Positions 37,991 through 46,570 of a stretch of 56,846 bases of DNA are shown here, one piece after another (position 1 is the stretch's first letter; every line of letters starts with the position of its first letter). Origin of the DNA: a virus; IMG/VR virus record IMGVR_UViG_3300045988_088058, positions 1-56,846 of that record; one strand, written 5' to 3'. The notes beneath the pieces were generated by a model. It was not told where the DNA came from, did no database searches, and was given only the letters and a program-made list of their open reading frames with translations. Both the position numbers and the translations under genes were made by a program.

Positions 37991-38742
37991 TGGCAAAAAA
38001 TAAGAAAAGAAAAAAGGTCAACATGAAAAGGAGAATGCTCATTCCTACTAACCTTTCAACAAAAGTAAATGTCAATAGGATTGAATATCGAAAGGTTCTT
38101 GTTAAGTGGCTTCCTAATACGGACGAAATTCAAGTTTATTTCGACCTTTACCTAAATAAGAAAAGGCTTACAATGTTAGGGACAATTGACCCAGACAAAA
38201 GTTACTTCGAAGGAATTAGAATTGCTTGTAAAAAACCTGAGCCCTGGATGACCGTGAAAGAGCTTCAAATTGCGCGTGCAGACGCTCCAGGTTTTTTTGC
38301 AGTGCTAAAAGCATATTGTCATACGGTCGGGGATGTACTAGATAATGGAGCAGCACCTGATGAAATTGTTCCGGGTATTATGTATAATGAAGGTCAATTA
38401 TTTAAAGACAGTGAAATTGTCAGCCTTTTCAAATACGACGTAGAAGAGCCTTACGAGTTTCCAAAAGACGTTCCAATAACTATTGACAATTTCGAGCAAT
38501 TTATTATGTCTAGTCAACATACTCGAACCATAGTGCTTCAACATGCTAATATAGGCGAGTTTTCAAAATACTGGAAAAAATGGCAAACGGTAATTGAACT
38601 CCTTATCGGCTACGCTAAAGACAATGGATTTAAAGTCGACCAAGAAGTATGGGACTTTTCAAAAGGCTCCAAGGCTGGAAAAATTGCACGTCGAAAAGGA
38701 TATGAAGCTATTCAACATGCCTTTCAAGAAATCAATAAATAA
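37978..38742 (+). CDS. Hypothetical early protein
   Basis: 254 aa ORF, overlaps the upstream gene; internal start possible. Confidence 0.7.
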   Translation: MEILMAKNKKRKKVNMKRRMLIPTNLSTKVNVNRIEYRKVLVKWLPNTDEIQVYFDLYLNKKRLTMLGTIDPDKSYFEGIRIACKKPEPWMTVKELQIARADAPGFFAVLKAYCHTVGDVLDNGAAPDEIVPGIMYNEGQLFKDSEIVSLFKYDVEEPYEFPKDVPITIDNFEQFIMSSQHTRTIVLQHANIGEFSKYWKKWQTVIELLIGYAKDNGFKVDQEVWDFSKGSKAGKIARRKGYEAIQHAFQEINK

Positions 38743-38770
38743 CGAAGCTTCGGATCGTTATTTTTTTTTT
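38740..38770 (+). terminator. Rho-independent terminator
   Basis: TAACGA..CTTCG..TCGTTA followed by a long T run. Confidence 0.8.
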
Positions 38771-38782
38771 CAAAAAAAATTA

Positions 38783-38841
38783 AAAAAAGTTCAACTTTTT
38801 TATAAAAAGTGCTTGACTTTATTCACTCATTATCGTATAAT
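38783..38841 (+). promoter_or_regulatory. Class A early promoter
   Basis: AAAAAGTTCAACTTTTT; TTGACT 38813-N17-TATAAT 38836-38841. Confidence 0.92.
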
Positions 38842-38879
38842 AAATACATAAAGTAAAACAAATAAAGGAGGAGCTGGAA

Positions 38880-39074
38880 ATGAAAACAGTTCAACAAACA
38901 ATCAAACAATTTGGAGATGAATGGTGGTACGAAATTATCGATACAAATAACGAACTGCTAAACGAAGGACGTATTGAAGACATGGGACCATATATGGACA
39001 AGATGGTTGACCAAGTTAAGTTCATCAACTTCGGAGACATTGAATGTCAAATCATTAAACTTTACCTCGCGTAG
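38880..39074 (+). CDS. Small early protein
   Basis: 64 aa, GGAGG RBS and promoter. Confidence 0.78.
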   Translation: MKTVQQTIKQFGDEWWYEIIDTNNELLNEGRIEDMGPYMDKMVDQVKFINFGDIECQIIKLYLA

Positions 39075-39103
39075 ATAGTAGGGCGAACTTTTCGTCCTAC
39101 TAT
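39075..39103 (+). terminator. Strong hairpin (possible attenuator)
   Basis: ATAGTAGGGCGAA-ctt-TTCGTCCTACTAT; weak T tract. Confidence 0.4.
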
Positions 39104-39137
39104 TATAGTAGGTTAGATAGATAAAGGAGTAATATCA

Positions 39138-39473
39138 ATGAAAACAATTAAAGACGAAAGACATGTATTCAAACAAGTTAAAACTATTCCAAGCGGGTAT
39201 CGTGTATGGAACATTCCTTCAATTGGCGAAGGTTGTGTTCCTTTATATCTCCCTTTAGATGAAATAACTGTAGACGCTTCAACTTTGTGCTACCTACAAC
39301 TTACTGAACAGGAGGCTAAGGTTTTGCACAGCGCCGCAAGTTACGGAATTCGTACTCTAGCGGACGTTCGTAAGGCGTTAGCAAGTAACCGAAAAGGACC
39401 TACAACGGAACGTCGCAAACGCCTTGCGCAACCAGCTTTGCCAATTTTTGAAAAGTACACAAAGGAGGGCTAA
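39138..39473 (+). CDS. Small early protein
   Basis: 111 aa, AAAGGAG RBS. Confidence 0.78.
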   Translation: MKTIKDERHVFKQVKTIPSGYRVWNIPSIGEGCVPLYLPLDEITVDASTLCYLQLTEQEAKVLHSAASYGIRTLADVRKALASNRKGPTTERRKRLAQPALPIFEKYTKEG

Positions 39474-39474
39474 A

Positions 39475-39561
39475 ATGTTCCTCCTTCGATTTTTAGTTTC
39501 AATACTGTTAAAAGTAGTCAAATGGCTACAAGAACTCACTGACCAAAGTGGACTATATTAA
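39475..39561 (+). CDS. 28-aa hydrophobic miniprotein MFLLRFLVSILLKVVKWLQELTDQSGLY
   Basis: Below track cut-off; GGAGGG RBS overlapping the previous stop. Confidence 0.45.
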   Translation: MFLLRFLVSILLKVVKWLQELTDQSGLY

Positions 39562-39622
39562 GGAAAAGAAAAAATGAAAGTATATATCAACAACCATGAC
39601 GATCTTGATTTTCTGCAAAACT

Positions 39623-39653
39623 AAAAGGCCTATAATTTAGGTCTTTTTATTTT
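39623..39653 (+). terminator. Rho-independent terminator
   Basis: AAAAGGCCTA-taat-TTAGGTCTTTTTATTTT. Confidence 0.8.
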
Positions 39654-39712
39654 ATAAAAAGTTGAACTTTTTATAAAAAATGCTTGACTTTATTCGTTTA
39701 TTATCGTATAAT
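39653..39712 (+). promoter_or_regulatory. Class A early promoter
   Basis: AAAAAGTTGAACTTTTT; TTGACT 39684-N17-TATAAT 39707-39712. Confidence 0.92.
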
Positions 39713-39749
39713 GTAACTATAAAGAAAAACAAATAAAGGAGCAAATAAA

Positions 39750-40097
39750 ATGATTAGATGGACAGGAAAATCAACTTCAGGAACATGGAGAAGAGAAGTA
39801 GAAGCTGAGTCAATGATTGACCTTATGGAGAAGCTAATTGACTTGGACATTATTCCAGCTTATTGGGATTTTGAGGAACGTTTATTCGGTTACTTAGCTG
39901 ACTCAAGTGAAGAGCTAGAAGAGTTCAAAACTAAATACAACGAACTAAAAGAAGAAGAATTGTTCGAGGAAGCCGACGGCTTGTTCAACGAATTCGATTG
40001 GGCTAATGTATTTCGTAACATGGATCCAAAAGATATCCAAACAAGCATTTCACTATGTGATAGCCAAGCGTACTATCAAACATTCGAAATTCTATAA
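39750..40097 (+). CDS. Acidic early protein
   Basis: 115 aa with 28 D/E versus 11 K/R by manual count. Confidence 0.78.
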   Translation: MIRWTGKSTSGTWRREVEAESMIDLMEKLIDLDIIPAYWDFEERLFGYLADSSEELEEFKTKYNELKEEELFEEADGLFNEFDWANVFRNMDPKDIQTSISLCDSQAYYQTFEIL

Positions 40098-40112
40098 GAG
40101 GAGGAAATTAAC

Positions 40113-40322
40113 ATGGCTAAACCACAACTACAACCGAAGAATACTCTCATTATGAGATTCCATCAGGCGGACGCAGTCCATCCCGAAAATGGCGAGAAGA
40201 TCAACATCTCGTTTGCAGGTGTTACAACTGTTATTGAATACAAAGGTCGATTAGTTACTTGGGACATTCAGGAAATGTTAAACGAAGCGATTGAGCTAAT
40301 TGAAAAGGAAGAGGAAAACTAG
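40113..40322 (+). CDS. Small early protein
   Basis: 69 aa, GAGGAGG RBS. Confidence 0.75.
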   Translation: MAKPQLQPKNTLIMRFHQADAVHPENGEKINISFAGVTTVIEYKGRLVTWDIQEMLNEAIELIEKEEEN

Positions 40323-40332
40323 GAGATTATCA

Positions 40333-40536
40333 ATGGAAGATAGATACAACATTGAACCGGCGGACATACTGAACTATATTGGTATCACTAATACAAAGGA
40401 TCCAGACTTTTATGATTGCTTATTAGCTCGTCTAGTAAGCTCCTACACTAAAAAGGAACTTGCGTATAAAGGATTATCCTTCGGCGACTTCCTTGCGGAA
40501 CTTCAAAGTCAATCACTTGCTTATCTAGGAAATTAA
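40333..40536 (+). CDS. Small early protein (internal start preferred)
   Basis: AGGAGATTATCAATGG start gives MEDRYNIEPADILNYIG. Confidence 0.7.
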   Translation: MEDRYNIEPADILNYIGITNTKDPDFYDCLLARLVSSYTKKELAYKGLSFGDFLAELQSQSLAYLGN

Positions 40537-40567
40537 AAAAGACCTATTCATTTAGGTCTTTTATTTT
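40535..40567. terminator. Bidirectional terminator between convergent arms
   Basis: AAAAGACCTA-ttcat-TTAGGTCTTTT. Confidence 0.88.
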
Positions 40568-40824
40568 TGCGATTGTAGTTTAGTGAGGTAGTTAGCTAAA
40601 TCTAGCGCTTCCTCTTTAGCGTGTTGCAGGAAGTCATCTGCGTTGTTATCCGCTAATGTAGTTCCGTACTTGCTTACACCTACAACACTACGAGATATGA
40701 GCTCTAGTGCGGTATGTAATACAATAGGATCTAATCCTGTCACGTCTATATAATCACGTGTATCCAAGCACTTGTCCGAGGTTACTACACCTCCATCAGG
40801 TGCAATGAAATAAACTTTACTCAT
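40561..40824 (-). CDS. MazG-like/phage nucleotide pyrophosphohydrolase-like protein
   Basis: VSKYGTTLADNNADDFLQHAKEEALDLANYLTKLQ. Confidence 0.6.
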   Translation of the reverse strand: MSKVYFIAPDGGVVTSDKCLDTRDYIDVTGLDPIVLHTALELISRSVVGVSKYGTTLADNNADDFLQHAKEEALDLANYLTKLQSQK

Positions 40825-41164
40825 TTCTATCCTCCATCATTCGTTTAAATTGTTTAATAGGCATTGCTATATATTGCTCTTCTCCGTCACCAAAGTCGAA
40901 AGCGATAGCAGAATAGTCGAGTTTTTGAGCGAACCTTTCTTGTTCATTTTTAATAAACCACTCCTTTTTCAGGCTTATTGACCTTTGAGGTTTCATAACG
41001 GTCTTACACTCTATGAGCATTGAGTCAGTTACGACGTCACCTTTGTAGTAGTCTGTCGCTCCAGAATTTGGTTGTACTTTGCCTCCCATTTGCCTAGCAA
41101 CTGCTTTCTCTTGTTTAGCACTTACTCTGCGCGTGGGAATCGGCTTATTTTCACGCTGTCTCAT
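40817..41164 (-). CDS. PDDEXK-type nuclease / resolvase-like
   Basis: GGKVQPNSGATDYYKGDVVTDSMLIECKT core. Confidence 0.68.
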   Translation of the reverse strand: MRQRENKPIPTRRVSAKQEKAVARQMGGKVQPNSGATDYYKGDVVTDSMLIECKTVMKPQRSISLKKEWFIKNEQERFAQKLDYSAIAFDFGDGEEQYIAMPIKQFKRMMEDRNE

Positions 41165-41355
41165 GGCAGGTAGATAAGCAGAAAGAGATTGACGTAAAAC
41201 GCGAGAGAGCTAACGAGAGCCCCTAAAAACAGGGCGATAGGGCTTCGGTTGTCTTCTCGTTTGCCAATTACCAGATATGTCATTGCAGTAGTTAGGCAAA
41301 AAGCCGAAAGAACGAAGACACTAACTAGGATAATTTTTACTATAAAGTTCATCAA
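41161..41355 (-). CDS. Small membrane protein
   Basis: Two hydrophobic segments. Confidence 0.6.
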   Translation of the reverse strand: MMNFIVKIILVSVFVLSAFCLTTAMTYLVIGKREDNRSPIALFLGALVSSLAFYVNLFLLIYLP

Positions 41356-41716
41356 GTTTCTCCTTTATTTCAAGTCCGTGTTTAGACCGAATGATATTAT
41401 TACCGTCTAAAATCTCTTCAAGTGTTTCAACTGCCTTGTCGCGAAGTTGATGCACCCATGTATAGTGATATCCGATTTCAACTGCTGCATTAGTGATAGG
41501 AACGTCATCTAGAACGCATAACTTCAGGACGTTTCGTTGGCTTTCCGGAAAGCATTCTACAAGGTTGTCAATGTAGCCAACAAAGACTTCAAGATTGTCA
41601 AGCTCTTCGCCGTTATCCTTAACAGCAAGCAGGAAATTGATTCGAGCTCTTGCACGTTGATAATCTTCCCGAAGTTCGACAATTCGTTTATTTAACTGTT
41701 TTCGTTGTTCGTTCAT
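41321..41716 (-). CDS. ArpU/RinA-like transcriptional regulator (sigma region 4-like HTH)
   Basis: ECFPESQRNVLKLCVLDDVPITNAAVEIGYHYTWVHQLRDKAVETLEEIL. Confidence 0.65.
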   Translation of the reverse strand: MNEQRKQLNKRIVELREDYQRARARINFLLAVKDNGEELDNLEVFVGYIDNLVECFPESQRNVLKLCVLDDVPITNAAVEIGYHYTWVHQLRDKAVETLEEILDGNNIIRSKHGLEIKEKLDELYSKNYPS

Positions 41717-41997
41717 GCTATAGGCTCCTCGTATTTAATAGTCTCGCACGTTGCGTTGACATATACAATATTATCTAAGCGCAATAAGATGTCAGTAGCA
41801 ATAACGTCACCATTGATGTCTGAGTTGTAAGGTGTTAGCCTTAGACATTTTTGATTATAAAATTCAGGGTCATCAATGTAACCCTGAATATCTTCGACTG
41901 CGTCGTCGTAATCGTCAATGGTGTCGAATAAAGCTGCTACTTCTAAATGGGCGCCGTTACTATAAATGACTTGAAATAGCGTCTTTATTCGTTCCAT
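41713..41997 (-). CDS. Hypothetical protein
   Basis: 94 aa ORF in operon. Confidence 0.65.
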   Translation of the reverse strand: MERIKTLFQVIYSNGAHLEVAALFDTIDDYDDAVEDIQGYIDDPEFYNQKCLRLTPYNSDINGDVIATDILLRLDNIVYVNATCETIKYEEPIA

Positions 41998-42374
41998 TAT
42001 AATACTCCTACATCCATCAGCTGCTCTGCAAGTTTACTTACTTTTTCGTCAGTTTCAATGAGACCTAAAATGACATCTTTTAAATCTTCAGCCTTTTCCT
42101 TTTTGCAAGCCTCTTCAACGGCTTCACGAAATGCTTCAAATCGAGCGTTTACGATACATAGTTTCTTGCTCAAATCCTCTGCGTGAGAAACGGGAAGAGC
42201 CATAACTGAAGCGACTAAAAGACTGTCACGGTCTTTCTTTTCTACTGCTCGATTGCTAATAGCTGCTGCCGTGTCGCGAATTTCCTTGTAAGTAAACGAA
42301 GCGTCGACATATCCACTTTCATCTGCATTATAGATTCTAGTATTGAATTTTTCGTTTTGACAATTTTCGCACAT
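41997..42374 (-). CDS. Hypothetical protein with N-terminal CxxC
   Basis: 125 aa ORF in operon. Confidence 0.65.
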   Translation of the reverse strand: MCENCQNEKFNTRIYNADESGYVDASFTYKEIRDTAAAISNRAVEKKDRDSLLVASVMALPVSHAEDLSKKLCIVNARFEAFREAVEEACKKEKAEDLKDVILGLIETDEKVSKLAEQLMDVGVL

Positions 42375-42392
42375 TTTATTTTGACCTTTCTT

Positions 42393-43628
42393 TTAAGGGC
42401 GAGGGCGACGAGAAGGCGCTGGAGTTTTTCGAGTAGGTTTTGCAACTGCTTTAGGTTTCTGCGTCCGTTTGATGTACTCAGCTTCAGTAATTGGTTCCCA
42501 AGTTTCTTCATCATATTCTTCAGGCAAGCGTTCGCCTTTTGCTAGCTTGTAAACCTTTCCTTCAAGTTCGTAGAAGAAGTCTTCTTCTAATACAGGACAC
42601 ATTGCATCCATGTATTCTTCTTCGTCTACAAGAATGTCGCTGTCGTCGTCAGGCTCGTTTTCTTCCTTCTTGTAGTAAACATCTGCGACTTGACTATAGA
42701 AGTAGTAGACGACACGAACATGTCCAGCAGGTGCTACCACGTTGTCATCGACTTCTTCTACTTTAGGTTCTGGTTCAGGTTCTTCTGCCTTTTCAGCTTT
42801 TTTAGGCATACGAATTTTAGAAGATTTCTTAGGCTGCTCTTCTACCACTTCTTCGTTTGGAGCGGATTTTCGACGTCGAGTGATTCCAGCCTTAGGTTCT
42901 TCATTAGCTTCCTCAACTACCTCTTCCTTAGGCGCAGGCTTCTTACGTGAAGTCTTTTTAGGCTTTTCTTCAACAAATTCTTCATGCCCAACTTCAGGAT
43001 CAGCTTCAGGATCAGTTTCAGTTTGAGCGTATTCGAAATTCTCATTTTCGATGACGTAAGTGGCTGCCATGTCTGCGCGATGAATCAGGAAAGCAAGTGG
43101 ATTAGTCTCAAAGGCTGCTCCGCATCCATTCAAATTTGCATAAGGACTAATATCATAGGCTCCCATATGCCAGAAAATTGCTTGCGCTTCCATTGTAGTA
43201 AGGTGAATGAATCGTTGAAGAAGGAAATTAGATTTCGCTCCGTGCCCCATTGTAAGTTGTTCAGGATCGTATTCATATGCTAAATAGCTTTCCCACTGAC
43301 CGTCAGCGTCCTTACGCCATTTTTCAGTTTCGCGATATTGACCTACTTTGCAAAGGTCGTGGAATAGTGCTACAATTGCAACTGACTCCATCGGATATAG
43401 ATCTTCCCAGCCCTTTCCTACTACGGTATCAAGTTCGAAAAGCATTTGATTGAACACATTTAATGAATGCTCAACAAGTCCGCCTTCGTAGCTTCCGTGG
43501 TATCGAGTGCTTGCAGGGCTCGTGAAGAAGTTAGTTTCATTTTCGAGCCACTCCATAAGGTTGTCAATTCCGTCACGATCAATTGTTTCTGTTACTGCTT
43601 TCTTGAAGCGTTTTTTAAAGTCTGTCAT
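42393..43628 (-). CDS. HD-domain phosphohydrolase with long acidic/basic linker
   Basis: YHGSYEGGLVEHSLNVFNQM...VALFHDLCKVGQY HD motif. Confidence 0.82.
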   Translation of the reverse strand: MTDFKKRFKKAVTETIDRDGIDNLMEWLENETNFFTSPASTRYHGSYEGGLVEHSLNVFNQMLFELDTVVGKGWEDLYPMESVAIVALFHDLCKVGQYRETEKWRKDADGQWESYLAYEYDPEQLTMGHGAKSNFLLQRFIHLTTMEAQAIFWHMGAYDISPYANLNGCGAAFETNPLAFLIHRADMAATYVIENENFEYAQTETDPEADPEVGHEEFVEEKPKKTSRKKPAPKEEVVEEANEEPKAGITRRRKSAPNEEVVEEQPKKSSKIRMPKKAEKAEEPEPEPKVEEVDDNVVAPAGHVRVVYYFYSQVADVYYKKEENEPDDDSDILVDEEEYMDAMCPVLEEDFFYELEGKVYKLAKGERLPEEYDEETWEPITEAEYIKRTQKPKAVAKPTRKTPAPSRRPRP

Positions 43629-43768
43629 AGTAGACTCCTTTCATTTTCTATAATATAACTGATTGAAGTATCTGTTCCGTACTTCTTTTTTAAATACTCG
43701 AGAAATTCAATATTCCCGACCATAACTACTCTTACCTTTTGCGGGCTATTTACCGCAACTTTTGTCAT
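43625..43768 (-). CDS. 47-aa protein missed by the ORF track
   Basis: MTKVAVNSPQKVRVVMVGNIEFLEYLKKKYGTDTSISYIIENERSLL; GGAGG RBS, stop overlaps next ATG. Confidence 0.6.
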   Translation of the reverse strand: MTKVAVNSPQKVRVVMVGNIEFLEYLKKKYGTDTSISYIIENERSLL

Positions 43769-43794
43769 AGGCTGTCCTCCTTTGCTTATACTGT

Positions 43795-43824
43795 ACTATA
43801 CACAGATTTCAGCCTATTTGTTAA
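43795..43824 (-). promoter_or_regulatory. Class B promoter (TTAACA-N16-TGTATAGT)
   Basis: Reverse strand motif upstream of the 47-aa ORF and HD gene. Confidence 0.5.
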
Positions 43825-44714
43825 GTAAGTGAAAAAATTTTATACAAAGAAATGTAGACAGCTGAACTCTCTGTGTACCGACCATTCTTAATTCCTTCAA
43901 TTGCTTGGCCTAATATGCTCATGCCTTCGAAAGCCGAGTCTAATTTGTATTGAAAGTTATATACAATCTTATTGATTAAGAACTGCTTAATTCCCAAATT
44001 AGATTCTTTAGGCTCGTCTGCTCCTAATACAAGACAGGCGTTATTGAAGTTTTGATAAAGCAAGGTAAGCAACCCAATAGGACTTTCACCTTTTGCCAAA
44101 AGTTCAGTGACTTTTATAATTGCCTGCTCCGGCCTATATTCAAGTACATCATCGACTAGGCTGAAAATATCAATTTCTGTCTTGTGCTTGACAATAGATT
44201 CAACTACTGATGCGTCGACATTTTTCAATCGCGACAGCTTGTCAAGTTCATTGTCAATTCTAGAATAGTCATTTAGACAGAACTGAATAACCATGTCAAT
44301 CATGTTCCTGTCAACAGTCGAGTATTTAGACACAAAGTGCCTTTTCAACTGCGCGTCAGTCATTTTCTCAAACTCAACACAATTATCAGGAAAGGCTTTT
44401 AGCAACTTGCTTCGCTTGTCAATTTTAGTTACCATCAAAACAAGTGTCCCATATCGAACATCTGGAAGTCGTTTCCATCTCGCCTCATTAGCAAGGAACT
44501 CCTTGTCATCCCTAACAGCAAATATTCTATGATTTGAGACAAGGCCTTTTTGAGTAAGAGTCTTCCATACAGTAGACACCAACTGCTCTCGAACTACGTT
44601 GCCCATTTGATTGAGATATACGTTCATAAGGCCAATTTCTTCGCCATAAAGAATATAAAATGGCTTCAAATTATTAGTTCGAATGTCTTTTTGAAAAGAT
44701 ACTAAATCACTCAA
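43821..44714 (-). CDS. holA: DNA polymerase III delta subunit-like clamp loader
   Basis: LKPFYILYGEEIGLMNVYL...IDNELDKLSRLKNV...VESIVKHKTEIDIFSLVDDV. Confidence 0.82.
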   Translation of the reverse strand: MSDLVSFQKDIRTNNLKPFYILYGEEIGLMNVYLNQMGNVVREQLVSTVWKTLTQKGLVSNHRIFAVRDDKEFLANEARWKRLPDVRYGTLVLMVTKIDKRSKLLKAFPDNCVEFEKMTDAQLKRHFVSKYSTVDRNMIDMVIQFCLNDYSRIDNELDKLSRLKNVDASVVESIVKHKTEIDIFSLVDDVLEYRPEQAIIKVTELLAKGESPIGLLTLLYQNFNNACLVLGADEPKESNLGIKQFLINKIVYNFQYKLDSAFEGMSILGQAIEGIKNGRYTESSAVYISLYKIFSLT

Positions 44715-45543
44715 CTTTAATCCTCCTGATAAATTCGTTTACGCAGACACGCGCATTTGAACCTTTTTTAGAAACCTTTCGAAGGCACCTGGAAGCCTCT
44801 CTTACTAAAAGGTCGTGAGCTTGTATTTCATCAAAAGTCATTTCTTTGTAGTTCTTTCGAATAACAATTGTCGACCAATTTAGCAGACAATTGAGAAAGA
44901 GTTTTGGTTCAATTTTCCCTTCGTCAGCTTCTTTGAACTTGAGCCAATTAGTGACCTTCAACGAATTGCTGGCACTTGCCTCCCAGATTAAATCATAAAA
45001 TGTCGTCACCTTTTCGAAAATTTCTTCCGCTCCATACACCAGTATGTCTTCTAGCATTTGAAGGTTACTAGCAAGATTGCAATAATCAACAATTGCACGA
45101 CCGTCAAGTCCTGAAGTATCTATCTTCTTATAAGACTTGACAAACAGAATCTTTTCTTCGCTAGTATAGGGCAACATTGTTAGAACCTTTGCTCGACTTG
45201 CAAGCGTAGGCAAGGCATTGTTAATGCTATCAACTGTCATAGCTATATGACAATTTAAAGGCGGTTCTTCAGCTATTTTCAAAAGCGAATTTAATGCAGA
45301 CATTGAAAGGTTATTTCCATCTATCACATAAATTCGTGACTTAAAAATAGACCGAGCGTCTTCAATAATATTTCGAATATCATCTACGCTAGTTCCTACG
45401 ACAATGGAGTCTGCGTCAAATTTAGACGAAATATATCGAACCAGTGTTTTTCGACCCGAGCCTACCTCGCCTTCGACGATTATAAATTTTGGGAGCTGTT
45501 CCCATTTAGAGATAGTAGATTTAACAATCTCTTGTCCAATCAT
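44707..45543 (-). CDS. Clamp loader delta-prime-like ATPase
   Basis: IIVEGEVGSGRKTLVRYI, IYVIDGNNLSMSALNSLLKIAEEPP. Confidence 0.83.
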   Translation of the reverse strand: MIGQEIVKSTISKWEQLPKFIIVEGEVGSGRKTLVRYISSKFDADSIVVGTSVDDIRNIIEDARSIFKSRIYVIDGNNLSMSALNSLLKIAEEPPLNCHIAMTVDSINNALPTLASRAKVLTMLPYTSEEKILFVKSYKKIDTSGLDGRAIVDYCNLASNLQMLEDILVYGAEEIFEKVTTFYDLIWEASASNSLKVTNWLKFKEADEGKIEPKLFLNCLLNWSTIVIRKNYKEMTFDEIQAHDLLVREASRCLRKVSKKGSNARVCVNEFIRRIKVE

Positions 45544-45544
45544 A

Positions 45545-46570
45545 TCACTCCTCCTTACTCATTAAAAGAAGCTTCGTTTCAATTATTGGCTTAGCATTAG
45601 GTTCCCACTTAACAACTCCAGCAAGTTCATTCATTTCTTCAAGCATCCACAATATCGTAGCATATTGAAAGGCTTCACAGAAATATTCTAACTTGCTTTC
45701 AAAATGAGCAGGAAGCTGAGTGATGGAAATATCGCGAACTAGCCAATACTTGCAAACTTCTAAAAGGAAATCCGTGAAGTTTCGAGTAACTAATTTCAGG
45801 TCTTTTCCTGAATAGTGGAAGTCGTTTACAATTTCCAAGCATTTAGATCCGTCATAGTTGGCAATGGCTTCAACAAGTGAAGCGAATGTTTCATAGTCAG
45901 GAACTCCTAGTGCATTAGAAACGGCTTCCATATCTACGTGATGGCTATAATCTAGAACTTTTTCTAGCCTAGTTATGCTGTCACGCATTCCGCCATTTGC
46001 AAGTTTACCAATAAACGAAAGAGCGTCACGCTCATAACTATAATTAGCGCCTTCTTCGTTCTCGCTTTCGATAATAAATTCAAGCTGATTGACGATGTCA
46101 TCATTATCAATTCGAGTGAAGTCAAATCGCTGAACACGACTGAGAATAGTGTCAGGAATTTTTTGTGGGTCAGTAGTACATAGAATGAACACGGTTCCAG
46201 ACGAAGGTTCTTCTAGTGTTTTCAAAAGGGCATTGAATGCTCCAGTTGAAAGCATATGAACCTCGTCGATGATATAAACCTTGAACTCACTATCCATAGC
46301 CTTATATCTAGAATCTTCAATAATGTTTCGAACATTTTCTACTCCGTTATTAGAAGCGGCATCAATTTCAATAGGAGAACCGAGTCCTTTATTCACGTCC
46401 TTTGCAAAAATTCGAGCCGTAGTAGTTTTCCCAGTTCCAGCTCCTCCACAAAATAGATATCCGTGTTTAATTGCACCATTTTGCAACTGATTTAAAAGAA
46501 TTTCTTTGACATATTCTTGTGCTACAACCTCCTCGAATGTTTGAGGACGGTATTTAGAAGCTAAATTCAT
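45545..46570 (-). CDS. dnaX: DnaX (gamma/tau)-like clamp loader ATPase
   Basis: LASKYRPQTFEEVVAQE, CGGAGTGKTTTARIFA, IDEVHMLSTGAFNALLKTLEEP. Confidence 0.93.
   Translation of the reverse strand: MNLASKYRPQTFEEVVAQEYVKEILLNQLQNGAIKHGYLFCGGAGTGKTTTARIFAKDVNKGLGSPIEIDAASNNGVENVRNIIEDSRYKAMDSEFKVYIIDEVHMLSTGAFNALLKTLEEPSSGTVFILCTTDPQKIPDTILSRVQRFDFTRIDNDDIVNQLEFIIESENEEGANYSYERDALSFIGKLANGGMRDSITRLEKVLDYSHHVDMEAVSNALGVPDYETFASLVEAIANYDGSKCLEIVNDFHYSGKDLKLVTRNFTDFLLEVCKYWLVRDISITQLPAHFESKLEYFCEAFQYATILWMLEEMNELAGVVKWEPNAKPIIETKLLLMSKEE

Noticed and set aside
38594-38851. + strand ORF 38594-38851
   Set aside because: Overlaps the 37978-38742 gene out of frame and runs through terminator and promoter sequence.
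42357-43283. Cluster of + strand ORFs (62-99 aa) inside the HD gene
   Set aside because: Antisense shadows of a charged low-complexity region.
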